A stretch of DNA of 64,000 bases, taken from an uncultured Chlamydiae bacterium. Lineage in GTDB: Bacteria > Chlamydiota > Chlamydiia > Chlamydiales > JAJFMA01. The stretch is from NCBI GenBank assembly GCA_963713615.1, contig CAVQMM010000001.1, forward strand, positions 2,560,001-2,624,000, in the 5' to 3' direction. Position numbers and translations under genes: made by a program. Positions within the stretch are counted from its first letter, which is position 1. Each line of letters opens with the position of its first letter. This document shows positions 40,817 through 52,300 of this stretch, in pieces. The notes under the pieces were generated by a model. It was not told the origin of the DNA, made no database searches, and saw only the letters and a program-made list of their open reading frames with translations.

Positions 40817-43362
40817 GAGGTAATTGCAAAATTATTTGAGCCTTTAAGGATAGATTCTTAGGAAAAAAGGTTACCTTTTTTTGTGAGAAGGCGATTCTGG
40901 AAAGCTCAAATGGCATGGCACTATCTAGTCTGGAAAGACAGGCTTTTCTCCCCTCCCAGGCCCGAAGGGTCGATATTGCAACAGGCCATGGCATCGCCAT
41001 GGTATATGCCAAAACGGTTTTAGCAGCCTGTAGGGCTGCCATAAAACGTCAGTATTCACACGCTATTTATACAAGCGCCTTATGGCAGCCCTACAGGCTG
41101 CGAAATCCCTTCCTGGCATATACCATGGCGATGCCATGGCCTGTTGCAATATCGACCCTTCGGGCCTGCGAAGGGAATGGCTCTCTCTTCACCGGCATCC
41201 GATTTTCAGGAAATTGACTTCGGAAAATCGGACTTCTGCAATTACCTCCTATGGACAACATGAACACTATGAGGTAATTGCAAAATTATTTGAGCCCTTA
41301 AGGATCGATTCTTAGGAAAAAAAGGTTACCTTTTTTTTGCGAGAAGGCGGTTCTGGAGAGCTCAGATGGCATGCCACTATCTCGTCTGGAAAGACAGGCT
41401 TTTCTCCCCTCCCAGGCCCGAAGGGTCGATATTGCAACAGGCCATGGCATCGCCATGGTATATGCCAAAACGGTTTTAGCAGCCTGTAGGGCTGCCATAA
41501 AACGTCAGTATTCACACGCTATTTATACAAGCGCCTTATGGCAGCCCTACAGGCTGCGAAATCCCTTCCTGGCATATACCATGGCGATGCCATGGCCTGT
41601 TGCAATATCGACCCTTCGGGCCTGGGAAGGGAATGGCTCTCTCTTCACCGGCATCCGATTTTCAGGAAATTGACTTCGGAAAATCGGACTTCTGCAATTA
41701 CCTCCTATGGACAACATCAACACTATGAGGTAATTGCAAAATTATTTGAGCCCTTAAGGATCGATTCTTAGGAAAAAAAGGTTACCTTTTTTTGTGAGAA
41801 GGCGACGCTATAAAGCTCAGATGGCATGCCACCATCTAGTCTGGAAAGACAGGCTTTTCTCCCCTCCCAGGCCCGAAGGGTCGATATTGCAACAGGCCAT
41901 GGCATCGCCATGGTATATGCCAAAACGGTTTTAGCAGCCTGTAGGGCTGCCATAAAACGTCAGTATTCACACGCTATTTATACAAGCGCCTTATGGCAGC
42001 CCTACAGGCTGCGAAATCCCTTCCTGGCATATACCATGGCGATGCCATGGCCTGTTGCAATATCGACCCTTCGGGCCTGGGAAGGGAATGGCTCTCTCTT
42101 CACCGGCATCCGATTTTCAGGAAATTGACTTCGGAAAATCGGACTTCTGCAATTACCTCCTATGGACAACATGGACACTATGAGGTAATTGCAAAATTAT
42201 TTGAGCCCTTAAGGATCGATTCTTAGGAAAAAAAGGTTACCTTTTTTTGTGAGAAGGCGACGCTATAAAGCTCAGATGGCATGCCACCATCTAGTCTGGA
42301 AAGACAGGCTTTTCTCCCCTCCCAGGCCCGAAGGGTCGATATTGCAACAGGCCATGGCATCGCCATGGTATATGCCAAAACGGTTTTAGCAGCCTGTAGG
42401 GCTGCCATAAAACGTCAGTATTCACACGCTATTTATACAAGCGCCTTATGGCAGCCCTACAGGCTGCGAAATCCCTTCCGGCCTGGGAAGGGAATGGCTC
42501 TCTCTTCACCGGCATCCGATTTTCAGGAAATTGACTTCGGAAAATCGGACTTCTGCAATTACCTCCTATGGACAACATGGACACTATGAGGTAATTGCAA
42601 AATTATTTGAGCCCTTAAGGATCGATTCTTAGGAAAAAAAGGTTACCCTCTTTTGTGAGAAGGCGACGCTATAAAGCTCAGATGGCATGCCACCATCTAG
42701 TCTGGAAAGACAGGCTTTTCTCCCCTCCCAGGCCCGAAGGGTCGATATTGCAACAGGCCATGGCATCGCCATGGTATATGCCAAAACGGTTTTAGCAGCC
42801 TGTAGGGCTGCCATAAAACGTCAGTATTCACACGCTATTTATACAAGCGCCTTATGGCAGCCCTACAGGCTGCGAAATCCCTTCCTGGCATATACCATGG
42901 CGATGCCATGGCCTGTTGCAATATCGACCCTTCGGGCCTGGGAAGGGAATGGCTCTCTCTTCACCGGCATCCGATTTTCAGGAAATTGACTTCGGAAAAT
43001 CGGACTTCTGCAATTACCTCCTATGGACAACATGGACACTATGAGGTAATTGCAAAATTATTTGAGCCCTTAAGGATCGATTCTTAGGAAAAAAGGTTAC
43101 CCTCTTTTGCGAGAAGGCGACGCTATAAAGCTCAGATGGCATGCCACCATCTAGTCTGGAAAGACAGGCTTTTCTCCCCTCCCAGGCCCGAAGGGTCGAT
43201 ATTGCAACAAGCCATGGCATCGCCATGGTATATGCCAAGACGGTTTTAGCAGCCTGTAGGGCTGCCATAAAACGTCAGTATTCACACGCTATTTATACAA
43301 GCGCCTTATGGCAGCCCTACAGGCTGCGAAACCCCTTCCTGGCATATACCATGGCGATGCCA
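40817..43362. mobile_element. Head-to-tail tandem array of six family A MITE-like units
   Basis: Units start at 40817, 41271, 41727, 42182 (internal ~49-bp deletion), 42588 and 43043 (truncated); joined by 22-bp linkers CTATGGACAACAT(GG/GA/CA)ACACTAT. Confidence 0.9.
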
Positions 43363-43454
43363 CATAGGCCTCAACCTAACAAGCCCTTTGGGCTTATGTT
43401 TCAATGCTTTAAGGCTTTCTAGGCAACTCAAAAGGTTGGCTGGCGCAATTTCCT

Positions 43455-43482
43455 ATGTGGCGCAGTCATTCCATGACTGCGA
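43455..43482. repeat. Short REP-like hairpin (family E)
   Basis: ATGTGGCGCAGTCATTCCATGACTGCGA, identical at 52617-52644. Confidence 0.7.
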
Positions 43483-43546
43483 ACAATCCGTTGCAATTGA
43501 GTTACTTGGAAGCCCTCGGTGGTGGAGAAGATCGCAAACCCTCAGA

Positions 43547-44500
43547 TTATTCTCTTACCTTGCGCTCAAAGAAGGCCACTGTGGTGTAATCAGAGATATG
43601 CTGAACCGCCAGGGTCCATGAACCTTCTACAGGGATTTGTTCCCAGTTCCTACTTCGCTCCTCAAAGAAGGAACTCTCTGCCATAACATATAAATCTGCA
43701 CCCTCAGAAGTCTCCACTCCAGCATAAATTAAATAGTTACCCGCAAAACACTGGAGGGCTATGGTCGCTACAGGACCACATGCATGAGTTGGCTTTGGTG
43801 GCCAAGCGAGAAGCAAAACGTCTTTCGAATCAGCTCTTTGCAAATGCTCGACAAAGTCGTCTTCTGTAGTATGATCAAAAAAGCTCTCTTCTTTGCTATA
43901 TGCCCCTGCCTTCTCATAGCCCTGCACGTTAATTCCATTTTGCTCAAGAAAACAAGCCACATATCCACGTCCACAACCAACATCATGAACAACATTAGCG
44001 GAATCTTTGCTAACCTGAGGAAAAGTACTCAAAATTGCAACAGGAAGTCCTCTGCCAGGCTTAAACCAGGAATTTCCACCATAGCTACCAACCAACCTAG
44101 GAAGCTGCCCGCGTTGCTCTGCAGTAGGCTCGACTTCCGGATTTTTATTGATGTTTGGAAATAATAATCCTGCCATCAAGTCTTTATAATATGCAACCCG
44201 TTCGGTTTCTGGATTGGGCTTCATCCCTGGATGTTCTATGTTATATGGATAGATAGCATCCTTAAAAACCATATTGAGAACTTCATAGTTTAACGAATTC
44301 AATTTTCCATAAGTGTATAGTTCAAAAACCTGCTTTATTGCATTATTATAACAAATTTTTTCGCTGTCATTTAAAACGGTTTCGAGAATTTTTGCATAAA
44401 AAACCATTGCGTTCATAACGGATTTACGATTATGTTGTAAATCTCCAGTTCTTACATTTCCCGGAACAATTTCTATGTTATTAAAACCAAGTTCCATCAC
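43547..44500 (-). CDS. Class I SAM-dependent methyltransferase-like protein
   Basis: HDVGCGRGY motif I, LLLAWPP; AT-rich. Confidence 0.65.
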   Translation of the reverse strand: MMELGFNNIEIVPGNVRTGDLQHNRKSVMNAMVFYAKILETVLNDSEKICYNNAIKQVFELYTYGKLNSLNYEVLNMVFKDAIYPYNIEHPGMKPNPETERVAYYKDLMAGLLFPNINKNPEVEPTAEQRGQLPRLVGSYGGNSWFKPGRGLPVAILSTFPQVSKDSANVVHDVGCGRGYVACFLEQNGINVQGYEKAGAYSKEESFFDHTTEDDFVEHLQRADSKDVLLLAWPPKPTHACGPVATIALQCFAGNYLIYAGVETSEGADLYVMAESSFFEERSRNWEQIPVEGSWTLAVQHISDYTTVAFFERKVRE

Positions 44501-44642
44501 AATCCCTTTTTAAACAGATTTATTGTTGTTTTTTGATGTTTATCATTATATAAAGTAGTAAATATGCATCAATTTAATTATAAAAGCAATAGAAACATGC
44601 CAACAAAAGAAGGTTACCTTCTGCGTAAATCAAGTGGCGCAA

Positions 44643-45815
44643 TCATGGAATGACTGCGCCACAAGGGATCTCTATTCCTAACTCCTGTTGCATGATTTGA
44701 AAGATGTGATGAATGATTGTCACATCCGTGGGCAAGGCTCGATTGCTGAGCATTGCTGCATAGGAATCCAGATCTTTGGGATGGTATCCGTGCATTCCTG
44801 GAATGCGCCTTTGTCCCATATAACTAGGAACGATCAGCCAACCCGACCTCATTAAGAATATCGTCTCTCCATAGCGGTGGTCTTCAAAGTAGACTCCAAA
44901 GCTTCTTAATTCATCGTCGCTAACCACAGCGCCAACATCTAGCTCATCTAATAGCGCCTGAATTTTCTTGCGCGCATCATCGTTTAAAAACCAAAAGCGC
45001 GCCATGGTAGAATCAAACATGGCGGCATAGTCCTCGCCATATTTGAGGCCAAGTTTATCGATGTCACGCTGAAGATCATAACTCCCCGTCACCTCATGCA
45101 TGCCATGGTCAGCAAAGATATACAAAGCCACTTCATCATAAGCATTCTCAGCGGTAGCTACGATGGACTGAATCTGCTGTTCATACCATTGAAGGAGCTC
45201 ACCGACCTGTACGTGATAGGGTCCTACGCGATGCATGAGGGCATCAAGCTGCCCTAGGGTGACATAGGCTAGCTCAATATCCCCTTTTTTTAAGTCCGCA
45301 ACTAAAGCTTTGATCTTGGTAACATCATCGACACCGGCGGCAGCCATATGGTAGGAGATATTCCTTTCTACCAGCAAATCAAAAATGCTCTTTTCCTTTG
45401 GAAGCCCTCCAGGAGCATAGATACGCTTTTTCTCAGCATAGTCAAAGTAGGGTAGGTGTGCGAAAGGAACATTATAGAGCTGAACATAGCCCGAGTATCC
45501 CAACTGTTGTGCTACTAAGCGACTGAGGCGGCTACGTACGCGGTGATTATTCATAATAAAGCCAGGAAGGATGCTTAGCCATCGGTAGGATGCAAAAGGA
45601 GATGTCTCTGGAGAATAGTAAAACGATGACCAGAGTGTATGTTGGTTGGGGAGCTTACCGGAAATAATCGAGGGATCACAAGCGCTAGAGTACCCAAAAA
45701 TTGTTTCTAGAGGCTTTCTGGCGGGAGCTATGTCGCTTAGAAAGTTGGGAAAACGCTGTATCACCTCCCAGCCCATAGCATCGATGAATAAAAATAGTGC
45801 AACTTTCCGTTTCAT
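44643..45815 (-). CDS. Alkaline phosphatase superfamily nucleotide pyrophosphatase/phosphodiesterase
   Basis: FIDAMG, LDALMH, FADHGM, GMHGY. Confidence 0.85.
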   Translation of the reverse strand: MKRKVALFLFIDAMGWEVIQRFPNFLSDIAPARKPLETIFGYSSACDPSIISGKLPNQHTLWSSFYYSPETSPFASYRWLSILPGFIMNNHRVRSRLSRLVAQQLGYSGYVQLYNVPFAHLPYFDYAEKKRIYAPGGLPKEKSIFDLLVERNISYHMAAAGVDDVTKIKALVADLKKGDIELAYVTLGQLDALMHRVGPYHVQVGELLQWYEQQIQSIVATAENAYDEVALYIFADHGMHEVTGSYDLQRDIDKLGLKYGEDYAAMFDSTMARFWFLNDDARKKIQALLDELDVGAVVSDDELRSFGVYFEDHRYGETIFLMRSGWLIVPSYMGQRRIPGMHGYHPKDLDSYAAMLSNRALPTDVTIIHHIFQIMQQELGIEIPCGAVIP

Positions 45816-46957
45816 GCCAATCTTGCCCGTAAGTAATAGAATTGTTTGATCAACTTATTATAATCGCGCTCACCATACAGGAGCTGCTGGATAAGGCCGA
45901 GATCTAGGGCAATGCTACTTTCGAAACTCAGTAACAGCCAAAGGGCGGGATAGAGACGATTCCTAGGGTGCAGCGTGGACCATCGCCATGTGGGACTGAA
46001 CATGCCTAGCTGAAGTAAACGGGCATTGCGAAGAAAATTTTTGCACTGTTGGGATAAGGCTTCTTGATGTCGCGGTAACATATTGCAGTACGTTTGTAGG
46101 CTAGGTAAAGCAGTTCCAAGGCGTCTTCCCTCATACCACAACAGGAATCCCAGATAATAACGTACGGTTTCGCTATAAGTGCGAAAGAGATCGTCCACCT
46201 CCAATAATTCAACGTTTCCCTTAAATTTAAACTCTATGGCTTTGACATAGTGATCAACCATCCAACTAGCATCTGGAATGTCTGTGTAATTGCGATATGC
46301 TGTAATACGATTAAGCTTTGTCTTGTAGCTGATATCGTAGTCTCCATGAGCAAGAAGGATGCAGTCACCAAAGGCTAGGTGGTTTTTCCATAGAAATTTC
46401 TGGAATTTTTGCACCTGCTGTCTTTCTAGAGGGATCTCTCCTCCTAAGCCCATCTTGACATCCAGCAAGAGTTTGCCGCGATTTAGCAATAACCTCGTTC
46501 CTTCGTCGAGGCGAGGATATTCCATACACTGCACAGGCATCAGAGAAAGGATATTCTCCTCACCATACAAAACCTGATGACCATAACGCATTTCGTAGTT
46601 CATTAAAGACGGTTCAGCGTATTTCAGAGTCTCAGTGGTATGCAAATAGAGGTCTACCGGCAGGTCCAAGCTTTCGCTAAGCTGCCTTTCAAGCTTGTGA
46701 AGACGTTCCTGAAAGTCTTGACGACGTCCCCAAGACAGGGGTTCACTGATCACTAAAAGGTCATAGTCATTAAAGGGTTTTTGCACGCCCTCGTCTTGAA
46801 ACGGCGTGCCTTCGCCGCGTCCATAGCCTCCTAAGAGCACGATGCCTTCGATTTTGGGCGCATCAGGTAAAGCACAAACGGCCTTGACAATCTGCTGCAG
46901 ATCCTTTTCAAGGTGTTCTTCGAATTGCGGAGTTCCGTATAAAGTATATTTTCCCAT
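45812..46957 (-). CDS. Pol-beta-like nucleotidyltransferase domain protein
   Basis: LLGGYGRGEG...NDYDLLV...VDL; coupled to its neighbours. Confidence 0.7.
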   Translation of the reverse strand: MGKYTLYGTPQFEEHLEKDLQQIVKAVCALPDAPKIEGIVLLGGYGRGEGTPFQDEGVQKPFNDYDLLVISEPLSWGRRQDFQERLHKLERQLSESLDLPVDLYLHTTETLKYAEPSLMNYEMRYGHQVLYGEENILSLMPVQCMEYPRLDEGTRLLLNRGKLLLDVKMGLGGEIPLERQQVQKFQKFLWKNHLAFGDCILLAHGDYDISYKTKLNRITAYRNYTDIPDASWMVDHYVKAIEFKFKGNVELLEVDDLFRTYSETVRYYLGFLLWYEGRRLGTALPSLQTYCNMLPRHQEALSQQCKNFLRNARLLQLGMFSPTWRWSTLHPRNRLYPALWLLLSFESSIALDLGLIQQLLYGERDYNKLIKQFYYLRARLA

Positions 46958-46959
46958 CT

Positions 46960-47829
46960 TCAGGATCGGCCGTAACGCTTGATTCCTTCTTTGTGCCCCT
47001 GATGGTAAGCCAGGTGAATTACCGATCGATAGAGCAGGTTATAGGGAATCGTAAAGGGTCTACCATTTTTCAATGCACAATAGGTGTCTCTAGCAAGTTC
47101 CTTGCCAACTTGGTAAAGACGTTCAAGGCCAGGAGTTTTCGATCCATAAATATATCCAAAGGCAACGCCTTGGCGATAACGCTTTTGGTATAGACCCTTA
47201 ATCGAGTAGTTGTGAGAGTGCTCAACAACGGAATCGCACACCATCTTAAATCGAGCTCCCTTGGCCTGACACTCTCTACACCAAGCGAGATCTTCAGCAT
47301 ACCCCGTCGTATAAAACTTTGTACCTTGCCATAAACAACGCTTAAATGCACAAGCTACCGCGGAGAAGAAATTGGTCAAATCCCCGTTGGGGAAACGCTC
47401 GGGCGCATAGGCGCGAAGATAGTCCTGCTGAACAATAAAATGCGCATCGTTGCGCGCAATCTGTCGACTCATGGTCGCATCGGCAACATCTTCAAGAATG
47501 GGCTCTAACAATCTCTCTAGCCAATAAGCACTTTGGGGAATGGCATCAGCGTTTAAAAATACGGTGATACATTGCGGGGCTTGCTCAATCATCATGTTGA
47601 GCACCTTGCCAGGGACGTAATCGCCGGGTGGAATGCGAATGATCTTCGAGGCATCAGGATTATTCTTTTCGATACACTCCAGCGTCCCATCAGTTGAGCC
47701 GGAATCCACATTGTAGAGAACGAAATTCCTATAGGTTTGCCTTTCCAAGGCCTTAAAAACCTCAGGGGTATAGGGCATCTCGTTCTTGGAACGCATAATA
47801 ACTGCGACCTGTGGTCCAGTAATAGCCAT
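46960..47829 (-). CDS. Glycosyltransferase family 2 (rhamnosyltransferase-like)
   Basis: VDSGSTDGT, FLNADAIP, AEDL, VEHSHNY. Confidence 0.9.
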   Translation of the reverse strand: MAITGPQVAVIMRSKNEMPYTPEVFKALERQTYRNFVLYNVDSGSTDGTLECIEKNNPDASKIIRIPPGDYVPGKVLNMMIEQAPQCITVFLNADAIPQSAYWLERLLEPILEDVADATMSRQIARNDAHFIVQQDYLRAYAPERFPNGDLTNFFSAVACAFKRCLWQGTKFYTTGYAEDLAWCRECQAKGARFKMVCDSVVEHSHNYSIKGLYQKRYRQGVAFGYIYGSKTPGLERLYQVGKELARDTYCALKNGRPFTIPYNLLYRSVIHLAYHQGHKEGIKRYGRS

Positions 47830-47852
47830 TATCTCACCGCTTTGGCTAATTC

Positions 47853-48983
47853 CTAACACACAGCGCTGTACACTTTCAACACTTGCTGTGCTGCTGCTGC
47901 CCAACTAAACGTCGCCGAATAGGCCATGCCTTTCTCAATGCGACTCTGACGATCTGAATAACCTGCTGCTACCACCATAGCACGGCAGATTTCCTCGGGC
48001 TGAGAAGGATCGAAAGTATCAGCATAGCCAGTTGCTAACTCCCCTAACGATGTTGTGTTGGAACAAATCACTGGCGCACCACAAGCCATGGCTTCCAACA
48101 ATGGAAAACCAAATCCTTCAAACAACGAAGGAAAGACCATAAAGTCACATGTGGAATACAACCTGACAATGTCCTCACGTGGAATAGACCCCAAGAAATG
48201 AATGCTCTCCTTGACACGACTAGCATTTGCGTACTGCTTGACAACCTCTGCCCCAGACCAATCAGGCCCTGCTAAAACCAGTTGGTGGGTGGAGGGATGT
48301 CGGGCCTTGAACAGCTCGAAGGCCTTGATAAGATTGAGGTGATTCTTGGCCGGATGTTCCACGCGGGACACGTACACAATGAATGGACGTGCAATGCCAT
48401 ATCTCTCTTGGAGAACTTCTAGAGCCTCATCTTTAGGCAAGGGCTTGTATGTTTCGCGGTCTATACCGGAGTAAATGACGGTGATTTTTTCTGCAGGGTA
48501 TCCTGTGAAACGAATCAGATCACTTTTGGTGTAATGACTGACTGTGATGACATGATCGCAGCGATGGACAAGCTTAGCGAGGATGTGCCTGTGATAAAAA
48601 GTGCGTGCTTGGTCGTACTTACCAGCGAGAGCAAGAGGGGCCATGTCATGAACCGTAGCGACGACCGGGCATCCTTTGATGAGGGGAACACGGCGAATAC
48701 TTGGGATATGCACCACGTCGTAGTTCTTCGCGCTGGAATACCAAGGCAGTAGGCTATTATGCCAGAGAATATTGACCAGGGGTTGTTCCACAAAAGAAGG
48801 GGAAAGAGCAAAGCTAAAATTGCTGGGAAGGGGTGGAAATAACTCTTCACAGCCGCTCGGAGTATAGATTTGGAATGTGTCGACCTGGTCAAGTTTGCCC
48901 AAGGCGTTTAGCATGCTGAAGATATACGTCGCGATGCCGCTGCGACCTCTATCCAAAACGAACGCTGTCCAGGCTATTTTCAT
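47853..48983 (-). CDS. Glycosyltransferase family 4
   Basis: TVHD, KNH..L, FPSLFEGFGFPLLEAMACGAPV. Confidence 0.93.
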   Translation of the reverse strand: MKIAWTAFVLDRGRSGIATYIFSMLNALGKLDQVDTFQIYTPSGCEELFPPLPSNFSFALSPSFVEQPLVNILWHNSLLPWYSSAKNYDVVHIPSIRRVPLIKGCPVVATVHDMAPLALAGKYDQARTFYHRHILAKLVHRCDHVITVSHYTKSDLIRFTGYPAEKITVIYSGIDRETYKPLPKDEALEVLQERYGIARPFIVYVSRVEHPAKNHLNLIKAFELFKARHPSTHQLVLAGPDWSGAEVVKQYANASRVKESIHFLGSIPREDIVRLYSTCDFMVFPSLFEGFGFPLLEAMACGAPVICSNTTSLGELATGYADTFDPSQPEEICRAMVVAAGYSDRQSRIEKGMAYSATFSWAAAAQQVLKVYSAVC

Positions 48984-49002
48984 CCCACCCTCTGCTTTGG
49001 AG

Positions 49003-49228
49003 TCACAATCGTATCTCGGCGCGCAGCGCTTTGGAGTGCGTGTCGCTCGCGACCGCTTTGGATTTGGGCGAGCCTATTGAATCGCGCACCGTTCTTTGGA
49101 GGCTTAAACCCCCACAGCTACCCCTAGAGCGAAAGGTTACGTTTCTTGCAATGCCTAGTTCACCCAAATCCAAAGCGGTCGCGAGCGACGCGCACTCCAA
49201 AGCGCTTCGCGCCGAGTGACGATTGTGA
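49003..49228. repeat. REP-doublet element, family B
   Basis: Near-identical to 7859-8084. Confidence 0.85.
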
Positions 49229-49309
49229 CTCCAAAGCGCCCCCAATTCTAAGCCAATTATGCAGGTTCATAACCTTTAGGTCCAGCTCCCCTCCTATGAA
49301 TGTCCCTTC

Positions 49310-52300
49310 TTAATGCCTTGGCGTTAAGATTTGACATGCATCCTCGGCTAGTTCATTTCGTCCATCATAGTATTTTCGTTTTTTGGGTAAAATACGTACT
49401 AAATAATTATTTTTTTGAGCAGAGTTCATCCTACTGTATTCCAATAGATTGATAATTTTCATCCCATAGTTCCTTGATCTCAAAAATCTCATCTTTAATT
49501 TGTCCTTTCCAGGGAAATCTCTATGCGAAGGACCATCAACCTCTATCAACAAATTATGTTTGGGAATATGGATATCGACGGAATAGGATTCGATTTTACT
49601 TTCAGAAACCGGCTCATAACCTAGCACTTCAATGGCATCAAAGATTTCTTGCTGTAATAGAGATACGCAGGTCGTCGATGGGATATCCAACATTTCAATG
49701 GCTTCCACTAGCTCCTTTGGCCAGAGGTCTTGTGACCATTTTAACACTTCACAACACTCTAAATACACCTGCTTCAGCTGTGCCAGATATTCATCGCTTA
49801 GAACATCAGGATTCACTTCTTTCAGACATTCAGTCAGAAATGTTTCATTCAAAAGCCCCAAGGATGCAAAGGAATGAAGTAACAACGACATCTCCTCTGA
49901 CCCATATTGGGCAGCCAAATTTGTCTTCTCCGCAAATTTTACCATGCTTGGACACTGCACAGTATTTACCCCTCTTCGCGCACAGGCATTTGCAACAACA
50001 GCGAGTTCCGGTAATTGAAAAGCATTAGGGTTACTAAAAGCGCGCTCGGCCAATTTTGATACAAAATTTTGCGCAATGACTACATTGTCACCAAATACCT
50101 CAAGCGATGACAGGCCGCTTGCCATCGCGCTAATCGAGGAGGGGTCAAATGTATCGATCCGCCGACTTGCTAGCTCTAGCAACGAGGCCACATGGAGCTT
50201 TACTTCCCTTCTCGCCATTTTGACATAATGTAAAGACGACAGTCCCTTTAAAATCATACCGATGTTCAATGGAGTAAGTTCATCAGCCCTCGTTGCAGCC
50301 TCCTGAGCAATTGCTACCATAAGAGACCGTATCGTAGCAGTGTCGGCTTCATCGAATTGGAACTTAGCAAAGGCATTTGCTGCTACCGCCAATCCCAGGT
50401 GATCGACATCTTTCAGCTTTTCTTTTAATTCTTTTGCAATGAGTACCATTAGTGAGGTTATCTCTTGCAGACCATCTTGGGCTTCAAAATCAATTTTGGA
50501 GAACCCGCCGGTCATCATAGTGAGCTCACGGGCCTTGAACGTTGTTATGCAGTCTTTAGACCGTCCGGCAAACTTCATCACAATCTCGTGAGCCACAGCC
50601 CTTTGCGCTACTGTAAACCCACATTTTACCAAAGTACTGCAAAGAATTGCTAAACTACGATTACTAAATGTAAATGAATTCGAATTTAAGAGGATAAGAA
50701 TACCACTTATACATTGATGAACACTAATTTCTTGTTCTGGATTGAATTTATAATTCGAAAATACACTTACCAACATCGCCAATCCACGCTCATCCAGAGT
50801 CTTCATATCCGTATCCCCACGCTTGGCTACATTAGCCAGAAACTCCTGTATCGTCCCGAGATTGTCGTCACAGAATTGAGGCCTTGAAAGTGCTGATGCA
50901 ATCACAACCGCTTGAGAAAACTCCATATTCCCCAGCGAATATGTGGCACGCTTGGCCAAAGCCAAGGCAAAGGGCTGAATTGCGAGAAGCTCTTCTTCGC
51001 TAAAGGTGAATTTAGACATACTATTAGCAAACATCAGAAGTACTTTGGCGGAAAACTCATTGACATTAACAATGCTCTGAGTCGCTATAGACTCGAAAAG
51101 GCGGCGCACCAATTTGCATTCATCTAAACTAAGCTCCTGTTTTGATAGAAAACTAATTAAAGTAGCAAGTTCAGCTATTTTAATCTCCCCAACCAAATTC
51201 TCGGAAATTATTTTTTTAGAAATATTTATTCCAGCATTAATTAAAACCGGCAATTCGTTTTCACTACAGTCCTTTTTAAAAAGCGGTCTAATCGCTTTAT
51301 CTAAATCAAGATTATTACATTTTCCTATATTATCAGATATTATTTTAGCCGTTGTTACTATAAGATTCCGAATAGGAACAGCATCTGCCCCTTCATATTC
51401 GAAATTTGACATTCCTTTTGCGAACAAAATAAGATGGCTTAATTCAAAAGTTTCGATCATTGTTAAGGCTTTGTTCGTTAAATCTAATAAACGTGTCTGA
51501 ATAATTAGCAATTCCTCAGGACCGTAGTCAAATTTGGCTATTCCGTTAACGATCATCCCTATGTCAAACGAGTTTAAAGAATCGTTATTTAAAATTTTTA
51601 GCAGATTGAGCACTGTTATTTTAAAACCCTGCTTCTCGGGTAACATTCCAAGGTTATTAACCATGTTCGAAATATTTTTAGGACGAAAATCGTCATATCC
51701 TCTCGTAATGAATCGATTCTCTAGCCTACGCGTGATTCTCAAATCAAGTTGATCGGTGAACTTGCGTAGTGTCTCTTGATCGGCCCTTTCACCTTCGTTT
51801 GAGAGTTTGCAAATAGCCATAGCAATAGCACCTGAACAAAGCAGATTCATTCTCTTGCTATTCTTAGACACTTTCTGAAGGTCTTGCAAGGTGCAATTAC
51901 CATTAAGACGTTCATAGGCTTGATTCGTATCTACCACGTCCTGCTCGCCTATGTTTCTGTTGTCCCCTCTTGACGATTGAAAAGGCTTGGGAAAGGTACC
52001 TCTCGTGATATTAGAGACCCGTCTGTCTGAATGGCTACCTCCTCTACCTATGTCACGACCACCATAGTGAGGGCTTGGGGAATCTTGTGGAGCGGGAAAT
52101 CGATTTGAATTCCCATAGTCCATTCTGTTAAAATTAGAACTACTTGAATTAGAATTTGTGTTGCGGTTCCCACGATAGGTATGCCCATCACCGCCCCCCC
52201 GGCTAAAGCCACGACCACGATAAGTAGAGCGTGGAGGATGGTCTCGTCTGTCATTTTGAGGGGAATATTCTCTGTCGGTGGATCGATTAAAATTCCCTCG

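Noticed and set aside
40817..43362. Array as a second CRISPR array
   Set aside because: The units are ~433 bp and the 22-bp linkers are nearly identical rather than unique spacers.
40755..43422. Many 60-100 aa ORFs (MAALQAAK..., MPPSSLERQ...), also at 206-566 and 26581-26913
   Set aside because: They are translations of the palindromic MITE units on both strands, with no transposase or other recognisable motifs.
45812..46957. Nucleotidyltransferase as a CBASS CD-NTase or MNT antitoxin
   Set aside because: No Cap effector or HEPN toxin nearby; the context is glycosyltransferases.
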